IMG/VR virus record: IMGVR_UViG_3300034091_000306 | Length of the DNA stretch: 64,000 nucleotides | Strand: one strand, 5' to 3' | Source: an uncultured virus (IMG/VR IMGVR_UViG_3300034091_000306) | Taxonomy: Duplodnaviria > Heunggongvirae > Uroviricota > Caudoviricetes | Shown here: piece after piece, positions 19,055 to 30,145 of the stretch | How the letters are laid out: each line of letters starts with the position of its first letter | How positions within the stretch are numbered: position 1 is the stretch's first letter | Notes under the pieces: model-generated | Told to the model about the DNA's origin: nothing | What the model saw: the letters and a program-made list of their open reading frames with translations, nothing else | Databases searched by the model: none | Made by a program: the position numbers and the translations under genes

Positions 19055-20029
19055 ATGCGCGGTATTCGCTACGAAGTCTCGACGAGCGGATTCGATCCCG
19101 CCCTACAGGGTGTATGGAGCGATCCGTACAGCGGCGTCTACGGCGTTGGATTGGTAGTGCCGCAGGTACTACCAATCGTGAGAGATCCGCAGCATCGCCT
19201 CTTGTTCGAGCTCGCCTTTCTACGAATCGGCGCCGGCAGGAAGGTGCGGCTTGTCGGGATCAGGCAGCTGCTCACAATCGCGGCGTTGCTGCCGCAACCG
19301 AGCGTTGAGACCACGCCGCCTCCGTATATCTTCGAGAAGCAAGTCACGACGCCGTTCTGGCATTTCACGGATGCGACCGTCTCGTGGCACGTGATGCGCG
19401 TTCCTCCGGGGAACAATCCAAAATACAACAAGGCGAACGCAGATGGCGTTGCCTATCGCTACGCGACAGGCAGCGCACTCCTATTCGAGAAGAATCCGAA
19501 TAGTCCGTCGTATCAGCCACCAAATGGCGGACGTCCGTTGGGCAGTCCCGTGAGTCCGTCACTCGGAAATATGCACGACATTCGCTGGCCGTGGGTCGCT
19601 GACCACGCGCAAGATTGCATGAATGTCGAGATCGAAGGTCCGTGCGACATCGTGTTCTACGCCTCGATGCAGCAGACCGATCCGAACAGTCGAACGACGA
19701 CGCCCATCACCGGACTCACATTTCCCCTCGGCACTGACAATTTGCCGACGGAAGCCGCATTCGTCGGCAACTTCGAGAATGAAGCTACGCCGGTTCCAGT
19801 GACCTACTGGCGAATCGGCGGAAGCATGATCTTCGAAGATTGCGCCATGTTCCCGTGGCCCAGGGAATTGATTGAAGACGATCCGATGGAGTGGATCGCG
19901 CCAAACAAGCGGCGTGGAGCCGTGAAGGAAGGCAGCCTGAAGCCGCCGCCTCGGGGAGCGGCGCTTGTGCGCCCCGCAACCTCGATGGCAGGCGTGCGCA
20001 AGCCTGCGGCTGCGAAGGGGACGCGATGA
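19055..20029 (+). CDS. putative structural protein
   Basis: 324 aa, AGGAGG RBS, beta/Pro-rich. Confidence 0.6.
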   Translation: MRGIRYEVSTSGFDPALQGVWSDPYSGVYGVGLVVPQVLPIVRDPQHRLLFELAFLRIGAGRKVRLVGIRQLLTIAALLPQPSVETTPPPYIFEKQVTTPFWHFTDATVSWHVMRVPPGNNPKYNKANADGVAYRYATGSALLFEKNPNSPSYQPPNGGRPLGSPVSPSLGNMHDIRWPWVADHAQDCMNVEIEGPCDIVFYASMQQTDPNSRTTTPITGLTFPLGTDNLPTEAAFVGNFENEATPVPVTYWRIGGSMIFEDCAMFPWPRELIEDDPMEWIAPNKRRGAVKEGSLKPPPRGAALVRPATSMAGVRKPAAAKGTR

Positions 20030-20204
20030 ACAGCGACAACCCCTGGATTCCTATCGCTATCGGGGTTCTCGGCTTGGCGACCGGACTGGGATTGGCTTGG
20101 GTCGTAACGCGGCCGAAATCCATTGAGCATTTGGCACAAGAGAAGCTGATGGAAGACGCTGTGAAGAATCACGTGAAGCGGTTGAAGTCAAAACGAGGTC
20201 GGCG

Positions 20205-22541
20205 ATGAATTCGATTGTTCTTCAGCCTGGAGCGATGTCGGCGACCGTCTATTTGGATGGATTGACGATTTATTTGCCGCAGGGCGCTGTTTGGAATGGA
20301 GGGCTTGGGACTGCCGGCACTTCGGCGCCAGTTATTCTTTCCGGTACTGCATATACTACCGGCACAAATACATATACCATTCAGTGGACAGACGCTAATC
20401 ATGCGCTGTGGTTTACGCCTTTGACGTTGATCTTTACCGGAACGGCTGCGCCGCCAACTGTACCGCCAACACCGCCGCCCGCGCCGCCGCCCACGACGCC
20501 GCCCACGATTCTGGCTCTCCTTCAAGCCGCAGAGCAAGTAGGGAAGCTGTACAACTCCCACGGCGCATCTGTCATCTGTACCGGATCTATCAACAATGTT
20601 CCGCTCGGCAAGAGCGCTGTCACCGCATTTCAGAATGCGTGGAACGCAGCGGCGGGGGCCGGTACGTTGGTGGGTATCATCGCTCCATCGTATCCGGCAT
20701 TCCCGACATTTCTGGCTACGAATGGAACATATGACTATTTCACAGCTCACGCATTCATCCGCTTTGCAACAGCTGCGCGATTCTATCCGCAGTTCATTCC
20801 GCCTCCCTGTCCTACGCCGGTAACGACGACGGTTCCGCCGCCGCGAAGACCTGTTCCTACACCACAAAACAGAACCGGCTCCCACGGCGGCGTCATAGAG
20901 GGTCTGGGCGATGTTGGTCTAGGATCAACAATTACAGTCACCGCCGGACAATCAGGTAAAACGATTCAAATGAGTGTTGGCGACACACTTGTTGTTGAGT
21001 TGCCGCAGCCTCCGAACACATTTGGGTATAAACTCTCAGTTACTGGTAATGTCATATCGGCGCCTGTCGGCATCAGTGAATACTATTCATTTCAAGGAGT
21101 TACTACAGAGACAGGTGTAGGAACACTTGTATTTACGCCAAACTATATTCTAGTTCCTGGAGGGCCTGCCGCTCCACCTACGATCGTGTTCTTTATTGCA
21201 GTGTCTCCATCACAGGCTCAACCTACGCAGAGCGGCAGTGGTGGCGGCGGCGGTTATGTTCTTCCTCCTGCACGGCCCGGACACTACTTGGAAGGAGTCA
21301 AAGCAAACATCCCCGCACCGCAATCTCCTATCGCCCTCGGCTACCGCAGTGAGTACGACAACTACGACGGCGTTGATAGCAACGTCTACGTCAGCGAGTG
21401 GGGCCGCTACGGCAACGTCATGGCTGGCGGCCGGTACGGCGGTCCCAATGGCGGCGGGTTCCGCGACGACTTCAACTACCCTCAGGCGAAGCACCCCGTC
21501 GAAGGACACGCGACGGGCGTTGGTGCGATGCGACGCTTTGCGGTCGCCGCCGCTCCGACCGATCTCTCCACGATCACGAACGCCGTTCCGACGTTCAATC
21601 AGATTCTGTCTCTTCTCAAAGGGCAGACGGATCCGACGGATCCGAATGTCAAAGAGGCCGTGCTGGCGCTCATGACGGGCGCCGCTCCACTTGCAGCGTC
21701 TACCGCTGCAGTCGCGAGCACGCTTACAGCGCCTCCCGCATCTGTGTCTACTGCGACTACGCAGGCAAGCAGCGCGGCAAGCGACATCGCATCCATCCTC
21801 GCGCAGTTCACGGCGGGAACGGCAACAGCGGCCGGCGTGGCGCAGCTCCTCACGGACACACAGGCGCTCGGTAGTGGTGCTATTGCCGTTCTATCGGCGT
21901 ACTACGCGCAGGTTGTCATCAACGACGGATGCCCCGGTGTGCCGGCGGACATCACGAATTTTCAGAATGCGCTAAATCTGGTTGTTACCACTCACATCTC
22001 TTCGGTGACAGCGATTGCACCATCCGGCGTTCTCGACACGCAGACGATTGCAGCGATCAATGCGATCTATCCAGGACAGGCGCCAAATTGCACGGCAATA
22101 GTGCCGCCTCCCATTGTACCAACGCCGCCGCTACCGCCGTCCGGTCCGACAGGAGGTCCTCCTCCTACTCCTCCGCCACCAACGCCTGTACCTACCAGCA
22201 GCACGACAACGACAGTGCTCACGGTCGTCGGTGTGGTCGCAGCGCTGGGCGCCATAGGTGGACTCGTCTACGCGATCAACAAGAAGCCGATGAAGAATCC
22301 GGTCGGATCCTTCGGTCCTGAGGACGACGACTACATCATCCAAGACAGCAGGTACGGCGGGTACGACGTGTACCAGGGTCGAAAAGGCATCGGGCACTAC
22401 CCCGGTATGAACGCCGCTCTTCGCTACATCCACGCGCACATGGAACACGAGCAGTTCTATCCGAACATCTTCTACGTGAACGAGCGCGGAAATATCGATC
22501 TGCTTGACCAGCACGGCAACATCATCGAGTCGCGCGTCTGA
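20205..22541 (+). CDS. large multidomain membrane-anchored protein (PG-binding-like helices, I42-like Ig domain, TM, NP + C-terminal domain)
   Basis: AVTAFQNAWN and ITNFQNALN..SGVLDTQT helices; AGQSGKTIQMSVGDTLVVELP; TM then KKPMKNPV. Confidence 0.7.
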   Translation: MNSIVLQPGAMSATVYLDGLTIYLPQGAVWNGGLGTAGTSAPVILSGTAYTTGTNTYTIQWTDANHALWFTPLTLIFTGTAAPPTVPPTPPPAPPPTTPPTILALLQAAEQVGKLYNSHGASVICTGSINNVPLGKSAVTAFQNAWNAAAGAGTLVGIIAPSYPAFPTFLATNGTYDYFTAHAFIRFATAARFYPQFIPPPCPTPVTTTVPPPRRPVPTPQNRTGSHGGVIEGLGDVGLGSTITVTAGQSGKTIQMSVGDTLVVELPQPPNTFGYKLSVTGNVISAPVGISEYYSFQGVTTETGVGTLVFTPNYILVPGGPAAPPTIVFFIAVSPSQAQPTQSGSGGGGGYVLPPARPGHYLEGVKANIPAPQSPIALGYRSEYDNYDGVDSNVYVSEWGRYGNVMAGGRYGGPNGGGFRDDFNYPQAKHPVEGHATGVGAMRRFAVAAAPTDLSTITNAVPTFNQILSLLKGQTDPTDPNVKEAVLALMTGAAPLAASTAAVASTLTAPPASVSTATTQASSAASDIASILAQFTAGTATAAGVAQLLTDTQALGSGAIAVLSAYYAQVVINDGCPGVPADITNFQNALNLVVTTHISSVTAIAPSGVLDTQTIAAINAIYPGQAPNCTAIVPPPIVPTPPLPPSGPTGGPPPTPPPPTPVPTSSTTTTVLTVVGVVAALGAIGGLVYAINKKPMKNPVGSFGPEDDDYIIQDSRYGGYDVYQGRKGIGHYPGMNAALRYIHAHMEHEQFYPNIFYVNERGNIDLLDQHGNIIESRV

Positions 22542-22561
22542 TCCCCAAATAGAGGAACACC

Positions 22562-23854
22562 ATGAAACTTTTTCCGCAGCAGTACAGGGTTCAGCCGGGC
22601 GACACGCTGGGCAGCATCGCATACAAGTTCACCGGCAACACGAACCGGTACGTCGAGCTCGTCATGGCCAACCCGCAGCTACCGACGACGGTAGTGAACC
22701 GGCAGATCACGTTCCTGAACAACATCTATCCGGGGCAGCTGCTCAACATCCCGTACGACTGGGGTTCGTCGACGGGCGTCGCTCAGCCGACAGTTCGTGT
22801 CGAGCCGCGTGTTGCATACGCGAACGCGCAGCTGCTTCGTAGCGGAGGCGGCGGCGGTCGTGCGGGCGGTCACGGAGGCGCAGGCGGCAGTCACGGCAGC
22901 ATGCGCGGAATGGGTGATCTATTCCGCGCCGGCCTCGGCGATCCGATGAGCGATGGAACGGCGGCGGCCCTCGTCGCTGCGTTCAATGCCGACAACGGCG
23001 TTACGGTCTGTACAGGTAGTCCAATCGTCAATGGAATTCGCCAGCCTAACGCCGCCGTTCTTGCTTTTCAGCAGTCCTACAACGGCTCTACGACGGGACA
23101 GAAACTCGATGAGGACGGCCTCTATGGACCGAACTGCGCGACAGCGCTTGCCAACACACTCGCCGCGGCCGGCTCGAGTCTTCAGGCGCCTGGTGACTGC
23201 ACCAACTTCACGGCGCCATCGCCTGTACTCAGCACTGCGCCTGATCTCAACTTCATTGCCAACGAGGTCGCAGGCGATTTCACGCTATGCAACGGCTACA
23301 ACGCCAATGTCGCTGCGTTCCAAGATGCCTACAACGCCAAGACAGGAAGCACGCTTGGCCAGACACAAGACTACGGCTTCTACACAGAGCCGACCGCGGC
23401 AGCCATGCTGGACACCGCGAATGTCACCCTTCAAAGCGGCCTGACGGCTCCTGCCGCGTGTCCGTTTCCGGAGCCGGCAGGTCCCGGAAGCATCTCGACG
23501 CCGGGCGGCGCTGTGACGCCTCCCCCGCCGCCGCCACCGTTCATTCCGCCGACGCAGCCCACGCAACCAACGAGCACCACCGCTACCACGACGACGAACT
23601 ACACGCCGTGGATCATCGGCGCTCTCGCGGTCCTCGCAGGCGCGGGCGGTCTCTACTACATGAACCGGCACAAGCACACGGCTAGCAGCAGTCCGACGCT
23701 CGGCCCGAGCTCGCATCCGGCGGCGACGCCAGCCGTTCACCGCATGCTCGCGCGCGGGGGGCATCAGGTACGGCGAGCAGGACATGCTGTTGCGCATCAT
23801 GCGCGCGCGGCAGCGCACCGCGCTCGAGCGGCGATTCACCACGCGACGAGGTAA
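22562..23854 (+). CDS. LysM + peptidoglycan-binding-like membrane-anchored protein
   Basis: YRVQPGDTLGSIAYKF...ANPQL...IYPGQLLNIP (LysM); AVLAFQQSYN...LDEDGLYGPNC; C-terminal TM and His/Arg tail. Confidence 0.85.
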   Translation: MKLFPQQYRVQPGDTLGSIAYKFTGNTNRYVELVMANPQLPTTVVNRQITFLNNIYPGQLLNIPYDWGSSTGVAQPTVRVEPRVAYANAQLLRSGGGGGRAGGHGGAGGSHGSMRGMGDLFRAGLGDPMSDGTAAALVAAFNADNGVTVCTGSPIVNGIRQPNAAVLAFQQSYNGSTTGQKLDEDGLYGPNCATALANTLAAAGSSLQAPGDCTNFTAPSPVLSTAPDLNFIANEVAGDFTLCNGYNANVAAFQDAYNAKTGSTLGQTQDYGFYTEPTAAAMLDTANVTLQSGLTAPAACPFPEPAGPGSISTPGGAVTPPPPPPPFIPPTQPTQPTSTTATTTTNYTPWIIGALAVLAGAGGLYYMNRHKHTASSSPTLGPSSHPAATPAVHRMLARGGHQVRRAGHAVAHHARAAAHRARAAIHHATR

Positions 23855-23861
23855 TCCGATT

Positions 23862-24404
23862 ATGCTCGCCCACAACTCAAGTCAAAAGACTGTACGCTAT
23901 TCAGGCGGTAGAATGCATACAGTAGTCACATATACCGATAAGATGGGACGCAGGAGAGTGCGGCACTATCGTTGGGGAAGCGGTTGGGCAAAAACCCGCT
24001 ACACAGGACCGCCTCCTAGCGAAAGTAATAGCTACGAAGAGAACCCCATCTCCACGACGCAGTGGATGATCGGCGGCGCCGCGGTTCTTGGCATCGGTGG
24101 CCTCATCTACTACCTCACGACGAAGTCTTCTAGCGGCGGAGGAGGAAAAGGAGGAACCAATCCAACACCCGGATCGGTCGTCCTTCAATCCGGCGCTCAA
24201 TCAATCACCATTCCCAAAACCGGACAACTGACGCTCACCCTTCCACCAGGAGGTACGTGGATTGGTGGGACGAATGCCGGTACGTCAACACCCGTTGTCT
24301 TCCAAAGCAGCGCATTCAAGGCAGCAGATACTGTACCCATTTCACTCGTTTGGAACTTGAACGGAGTCGCGCAGACCACATTCCTGACGATCACAGTGCA
24401 GTAA
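23862..24404 (+). CDS. NP-TM protein with small beta-rich C-terminal domain
   Basis: EENPIS + TM + LPPGGTW...WNLNGVAQTTFLTITVQ. Confidence 0.7.
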   Translation: MLAHNSSQKTVRYSGGRMHTVVTYTDKMGRRRVRHYRWGSGWAKTRYTGPPPSESNSYEENPISTTQWMIGGAAVLGIGGLIYYLTTKSSSGGGGKGGTNPTPGSVVLQSGAQSITIPKTGQLTLTLPPGGTWIGGTNAGTSTPVVFQSSAFKAADTVPISLVWNLNGVAQTTFLTITVQ

Positions 24405-24408
24405 TCGA

Positions 24409-25575
24409 ATGTCCAACGCCCCCACACCGCCTTCGGGCATCACTCTCATCTCCAACGTCCCGGCACCTCCGTCGACGAATTGGGTGCCGTGGTTTGTCGG
24501 CGGTGTCGCGCTCGCAGCGGCCGGAGCTCTCTCGTACGTCGCGCTTCAACGCAGAGCGCTACGAAATCCAATCGCTGATCTAGGAGATCCCGAAGTCATT
24601 CACATGAGTGACGGGCGCCTTCGTTACAAGTTCCTTCACGGCATCTACATCGAGAAGAGACTCATCGCGGGAACACGCCACATCGAATTCACCGCATGGC
24701 AGGTCGGTGAAGCCGGCGCGAAGTCTCGTTTGCTTGGAACGTCATCGTCTATGGACGGTGCCAAAGCCATCGCTCGTGAACGCGGGGAGAGCACACAGGA
24801 ATTCCTCGCTCGAATCGGAATGAGGAATCCGACCATCACCGTCTCCCTCACACCCGAAGAGCAGGCAGCCCTGCAGCGATCGATCGAGAAGAACCAGGCG
24901 GCTCTGCAGAGTCATATCGCGAAGGGACAAATGACCTTCGGCGGCAGCATGGTTCAGGCGAAGCCGAATCCGATCGGCAAATACAACATCTCTGAGTTCT
25001 TGTGGTCATCGTTCATCTCTCCTGCGCATAGACGTGCACTCGAGAATGACATTCGACTCCACGGGCACATGCGTGACAAGCGCACGTACGACAAGTGGAA
25101 GCGCGTGTTGACCAAAGACGCTCAACGACGATGGAAGGCTAACCCGATACGAAGCACCCACGAACGTCGGGAGATGGAGGATCTGCTACAGCGCTACGGC
25201 TACGATCCCGCCTACGCAGCAGATCTTCGACATGAAGGAATGGGCCCATACGAGCTCGAGAGCAGACTCAAGAACCGTCCAGGAAGCATCGGCAGCCTCG
25301 AGTACACGCACAACATCCATCGAATCCGCAGGAATCCTACTGACCGACGAGGCACCCACAGCGGGGGGTACGCGGCGTACAGGGCCGCACTCGCGGACCA
25401 GCTCATCAATCGCTACGGGTTCACCTACGGCCAGGCTTCGAACATCCTAGACATGACGTCGTCTGAGTTTCCCTCCGCATTCGCGGCCGGTCTATATGAT
25501 CACGGCGTCAAGGTGTCGACTGCAGCGCGACTTATCTACAAAACAGTGCGTATGACTACAAGACCGTTCACTTGA
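24409..25575 (+). CDS. TM-anchored polyprotein-like ORF with five NP-separated modules
   Basis: N-terminal TM then LRNPI, MRNPT, KPNPI, KANPI, RRNPT. Confidence 0.7.
   Translation: MSNAPTPPSGITLISNVPAPPSTNWVPWFVGGVALAAAGALSYVALQRRALRNPIADLGDPEVIHMSDGRLRYKFLHGIYIEKRLIAGTRHIEFTAWQVGEAGAKSRLLGTSSSMDGAKAIARERGESTQEFLARIGMRNPTITVSLTPEEQAALQRSIEKNQAALQSHIAKGQMTFGGSMVQAKPNPIGKYNISEFLWSSFISPAHRRALENDIRLHGHMRDKRTYDKWKRVLTKDAQRRWKANPIRSTHERREMEDLLQRYGYDPAYAADLRHEGMGPYELESRLKNRPGSIGSLEYTHNIHRIRRNPTDRRGTHSGGYAAYRAALADQLINRYGFTYGQASNILDMTSSEFPSAFAAGLYDHGVKVSTAARLIYKTVRMTTRPFT
25342..25368 (+). repeat. dispersed motif, copy 5 (in frame, DRRGTHSGG)
   Basis: GACCGACGAGGCACCCACAGCGGGGGG. Confidence 0.93.
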
Positions 25576-25933
25576 AGGAGACACCACCATGAGCAGTGCC
25601 AGCCGTCGTCGAAAGCATCCGCGTCACTCCACCGCCCCGCGCCAGCTCATCGATCAGGCGCTCATTTCCTCCAACACCAACCCGCAGAAGCGCGTCCTCA
25701 ACGGCGGCCCTGCAAACCGCTCCGTCGTCGACGGTGCGCTCAAGAAGTGAGGGATCGGCCATGGTGAAAGAAATCCTGCTGCCCTGCGGCGGCCGTCGGT
25801 GCTGCCCCAAGGTCTCCTTCAACGAGGACGGCTCGATCGACCTCATCGACACCGATGACGGGAAGAACGAGCGCATCCACCTGAGCTCGGACCAGGCAAA
25901 GTTGCTCAAGGAGCAGCTCATCGAGAACATCTG

Positions 25934-26200
25934 ATGCTCCTCGCGTTCGCAGGTCTGGTGTCGGCAACGATCATCTTTGTGAAGAGCACGCTCTTCGCGA
26001 AGATTCGATCGGTCTACCCGACATTTTTGTCGTGTGCGCTCTGCGTCGGCTTCTGGATCGGGCTCTTCGGCTCGATATTTTGGCGTGACCGCGAAGCGCT
26101 TACCTTGCACGTCGCGCTCACCCACTTCTTCACGGCGTGCATCGTCAGCGTTCTCTCCATGACGTGTGCCCTCATCCTTCATCGACTGGACGAAGCATGA
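25934..26200 (+). CDS. DUF1360-like small membrane protein
   Basis: FLSCALCVGFWIG within hydrophobic helices. Confidence 0.55.
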   Translation: MLLAFAGLVSATIIFVKSTLFAKIRSVYPTFLSCALCVGFWIGLFGSIFWRDREALTLHVALTHFFTACIVSVLSMTCALILHRLDEA

Positions 26201-26542
26201 AGACCGTCGGCGTTCGCTATGAAGTGATCACGGCTGTCGCCGAGAGGGAGACCACCTCGGACTGGTTCCGAACGCAGCGCGCCGCAGAGCGCGTGGCCGT
26301 ACGCCGAGCCACAGACGGCTACCACTCTCTCATCCTTGAACACACCATACGAAATCTCGGAGGAGCCGGACCGCGACGAAGCGACGAGCGCGTGCCGCCA
26401 CCACCAGGATGGAACCGACGATGAACACCGCAGCACCCGGTAGCCGTCCTTTCTGGATGGCCGACGAAGACATCAAGGGCCCGTCCACGATGCGGCTCAT
26501 GCCGTCTGTCCCGCAGGCGCGGCGCGCGGCGTCACCATCCAC

Positions 26543-26568
26543 CCCCCACTGTGGGTGCCTCGTCGGTC
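26543..26568 (-). repeat. dispersed motif, copy 6
   Basis: reverse complement GACCGACGAGGCACCCACAGTGGGGG. Confidence 0.95.
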
Positions 26569-26635
26569 ACGACGACATGCCAGATCTGTCCTTCACGATC
26601 GATCTCGCCAACCCCGATCTCGACGAGAAAGACTA

Positions 26636-27088
26636 ATGGGCTACAACGCGGTCATTCCTGGGCGCCTCTATATGGGCAGTGATCCATCTGGCGCTTATCT
26701 CTCCGTCGACACGCTCGTTCTCACGGCAATGGAGCATCAGTCAAATATCTACAGCGGCCCCAAAACCATTCTTCATGTGCCGCTCAACGATGACGGATCT
26801 CCAATCACGCAGAACGAGGTGCGTCTAGCGCTTCACGCGAGCAAGGACGTTGCGCGTAGAGTTCGACGAGGTGAGAAAGTCCTCGTGACCTGTCACATGG
26901 GGAAGAATAGGTCTGGGCTCGTCTCTGCGCTTACGCTCGTGAACCTCGGAGCCTCTGCCTCGACCGCGATTCGTACGGTTCGTGCAGCCCGTGGTCAAGC
27001 AGCCCTGCGAAACCGTGACTTCTTCGATCTCGTACACTTGCATGGTAGTGCGTACGGACGACAGCCTCAGGCGATGCTATGTACATGA
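26636..27088 (+). CDS. dual-specificity / protein-tyrosine phosphatase family protein
   Basis: LYMGS...HVPLNDD...KVLVTCHMGKNRSG (CX5R loop)...AIRTVRAAR. Confidence 0.85.
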   Translation: MGYNAVIPGRLYMGSDPSGAYLSVDTLVLTAMEHQSNIYSGPKTILHVPLNDDGSPITQNEVRLALHASKDVARRVRRGEKVLVTCHMGKNRSGLVSALTLVNLGASASTAIRTVRAARGQAALRNRDFFDLVHLHGSAYGRQPQAMLCT

Positions 27089-27092
27089 AGTC

Positions 27093-27578
27093 ATGGCCCT
27101 TACCGACAGCCTCATCGATCTCTTCCGAACAACGGGGGGTGGTGCAGGGTACGCAGGCACCTTCATCGCTGCACTCGTCTACAAGCGTATCAGCAGCGCA
27201 AAAGCTGCGGCCACAAACGCAAAGAAGCTCGTCGAAGCACTCGAAGTCAAGGTTACCACTCTTACCGCCGACGTCGCCGGTCTCAAGAATACGATCACGA
27301 GCGAAGTCGCAAGCGTCCGAAACTTCGCTGCAAATGAACTCGATGCCCTCAAACGAAGCGTTGCCGGCCTCGTACGAGGAAGCCAGTCCGACGTGGCCAT
27401 CGTTCCCGATCAGAAGACTCTCGAACGGATCACGACCCTAGAAACACGGATCTCCTCTCTGGAGGATGACTTCGATGCATCACGCGCGGAAGATCGAAAA
27501 TCGTGGGAAGAAATTCTACGGGCCGTCGGGCGGATTGAAGGTCGTCTCGGTAGTGGTAATAGAAGCGATAGCGAATAG
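27093..27578 (+). CDS. TM + coiled-coil protein
   Basis: N-terminal hydrophobic segment, heptads, ends VGRIEGRL. Confidence 0.6.
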   Translation: MALTDSLIDLFRTTGGGAGYAGTFIAALVYKRISSAKAAATNAKKLVEALEVKVTTLTADVAGLKNTITSEVASVRNFAANELDALKRSVAGLVRGSQSDVAIVPDQKTLERITTLETRISSLEDDFDASRAEDRKSWEEILRAVGRIEGRLGSGNRSDSE

Positions 27579-27758
27579 GGAAAAGAGGCACGCCATGAGT
27601 GGGGAACCTGACCGAAAGCCTCAGCAGATTCGACAGATGAAACGCCGCGATTCGCACCGTGAGTTGCAAGCTGTTCGTGAAGCGGTTCTCGAGAAGATCG
27701 ATAAGATCGAAGATGAGATGGGATCGAAACGACCGCCGCCTATGGATGAGGAAAACAA

Positions 27759-28199
27759 ATGAGAACACGACACGGAGCTTTTGCGACAGGTAACTACTCT
27801 CCGGTACCTGGAGCGAATGGTGGCGGTGCTGCTACTGCATTGGCAACGCTTCTTGCGAACAACGCCGTTGCTTTTGGCGCTCTTGGCCCGGCGACGACAA
27901 TCTCACACACCATCACAAACTTTCCTAGCCTTGATGGCAGCCTAGTCATTTCGGCATTCATGAATGTTGAAGACGCGACGCCTGGGGAGCTTGTTCAGTT
28001 TACACTGCGCATTCAGGGACTCCCTGTTTTAGGGTCAAACGCCATCGCGGATGCTGCCGGATACGCGACAGTGACGTTCCCATATATCGGGTCTACATCG
28101 GGAGGTCCGATTACCATCGAGATATCTGCGACAGCGGCGCACAATCTTACAAGCGCGGCCGGACGCAACTTCCTGATGGTGACGCAGCTGCCGAACTGA
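27759..28199 (+). CDS. putative structural beta-sandwich protein
   Basis: 146 aa, Ala/Thr/Gly-rich. Confidence 0.55.
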   Translation: MRTRHGAFATGNYSPVPGANGGGAATALATLLANNAVAFGALGPATTISHTITNFPSLDGSLVISAFMNVEDATPGELVQFTLRIQGLPVLGSNAIADAAGYATVTFPYIGSTSGGPITIEISATAAHNLTSAAGRNFLMVTQLPN

Positions 28200-28208
28200 G
28201 GAAATTTC

Positions 28209-28562
28209 ATGGACCCCAATTCGCTACTCGTTGGTGGACTCATCTACGTCGGCATCCCCGTCACGGTCGGAGCTATCGAAGGCGTCGAGGCTGGAAAGAC
28301 GACGGCTGCGGTTGCGGTAGGTGCAGGCCTCGGTGGCTACGTCGGCGCGGCGATCGGCGCGATGGTTTCCGCGTCGACGACGAGTTCAAACACGAGTGTT
28401 GAGACAGCGATTGGAGCCGGTGTCGTTTCGATTGAAATCGGCGCGCTCGTCGGCGCTGTTCTTGGCGGCCTTGGTGGATATAAAGCGTGGCAGGCCTACA
28501 AGCACACGAATGTACCGAGCCATGTGATGGAAAATCCGCGAAGGAAGCGTGTGCGCGCGTGA
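28209..28562 (+). CDS. glycine-zipper membrane protein ending MENPRRKR
   Basis: GAGLGGYVGAAIGA and GALVGAVLGGLGG. Confidence 0.65.
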   Translation: MDPNSLLVGGLIYVGIPVTVGAIEGVEAGKTTAAVAVGAGLGGYVGAAIGAMVSASTTSSNTSVETAIGAGVVSIEIGALVGAVLGGLGGYKAWQAYKHTNVPSHVMENPRRKRVRA

Positions 28563-28579
28563 GTAACAAGAGGCAACAA

Positions 28580-29077
28580 ATGAAACTCCGAACATTTCTG
28601 CTGTGCGTATTTGTCTTCCTGCTACCAATCCTCGCCTTCGCGCAAGCGCTGCCGCCTCCTATCGCAAACAACCCGAACAGCGCCGCACTCGTTGGATGGT
28701 GCGCATTCGGCTACATGATCTTGGGGCCGCTCGTCAGCGTGTTTCGACCCGACAATACGTTCTTGCCGTTCTCTGTGTCGATCAAGATACGCGGATGGAT
28801 CATGACGGGCGGCGGGTTGATCGAGGCCATTCTCCTCGCCGTCTACGGCGGTCAACCTTGGAAGCTCGCAATTTTGACGGGTGCCGTGAGCGCCTTCACT
28901 GCGTTCGCAGGTCACGGCGTTCGAACATTGCCGGGGGCAAGCGCTGGTGAAGCGTTTCAGCAAAAGAGCGGTCGGCCGCCTAAGTCGCCTACCGATACCA
29001 CACCTTCTCCGCCCACCGACGCTCCGCCCACCGAGCCTGAAGCGCCTCTACCCGCACCGCCCGCCATTCCCAAATGA
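28580..29077 (+). CDS. multi-pass membrane protein (holin-like topology)
   Basis: four hydrophobic segments, Pro-rich tail. Confidence 0.55.
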   Translation: MKLRTFLLCVFVFLLPILAFAQALPPPIANNPNSAALVGWCAFGYMILGPLVSVFRPDNTFLPFSVSIKIRGWIMTGGGLIEAILLAVYGGQPWKLAILTGAVSAFTAFAGHGVRTLPGASAGEAFQQKSGRPPKSPTDTTPSPPTDAPPTEPEAPLPAPPAIPK

Positions 29078-29495
29078 GGACGGTTCCTCGCTACAAACGA
29101 AATGCGATGACGGGACGCGACCTGGCGGTCGGAACGGTAACAGCCGCAGCTGTTTACTTCATCGGCATTCCGCTTGTCTTGGGAGGACTCTTCATCGGAT
29201 ACCTCATCCTTCATCCCAACCAAGCGCCGTGACGCTCTCGCAGTTCATCGCATTCTGCATTGGAGCGACGATCCTTGGATGTGCATGGGCGCGAGCGACC
29301 TTTTCAAACGACGGCTACGACTGCACGGGAAAGTGCCCAGACACGATGGAATGTCACACGATGGTCTGCATGCCGCTCGATGGGACGCGGGCGCCATTGA
29401 GAGATGCGAGCGTAGACGCACCGTGAGTCTGCTGCATTACGTTGTATAGCAACACGGTCCGGGTTAGACTTCCCTTCGACCTTCCACGGTGCGGT

Positions 29496-29522
29496 GACCG
29501 ACGAGGCACCCACAGATGGGGG
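29496..29522 (+). repeat. dispersed motif, copy 7
   Basis: GACCGACGAGGCACCCACAGATGGGGG. Confidence 0.95.
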
Positions 29523-30145
29523 TCGTTCGCGGGGAGAGGAGCCGCGCGCGCCATGGCTAAGGAAATTCCGCCGGTACTGGACATCTTGAAGAACTTCGGG
29601 AAGCAAGTCGCCACGGCCGCCATCGAGAACGCTGCGGAGGGCGTCCTGGACGAGTTCCAAGGCGTCTTGCGCAAGGCCGACAGCCATATCGCCGGGGCCC
29701 GCGGCAGGGCCGCTGAGAGGCGCCGGGAGCGCGCCCGGGCCGGAGAGCAGGACCCTGAGATCGCGGTCACGGTCGTCGAGTCCGAGACCTCACGGAAGCG
29801 CAAGAAACGCGCGTAGGATGGTGTCGCCATGTCTAGAAAGCCTGCCACCAAGCAGCTCGTGAAACGTCTCGATCGCGCGAAGCAGGACCTCGAGCGAGGA
29901 TTCCAGATCGCTTTCGACAAGGCGTACAAGATGCTGATCGATCTTGGATTCGGTCCGAACTACGCCGAGCTCGCGGCGACCGACATCGCAGATGATTATA
30001 CAAATGGTTTGATGGAGGGTGAGTTTGCAGATCGTCCCATCTGGCACGAAGACGACTATCAACCGCCGGGCGGCGACGACGAAGACGACGTACTTGAAGA
30101 GGAAGAGGAAGAAGAGGAAGAGGAAGAAGGGGAGGAGGAAGACGA

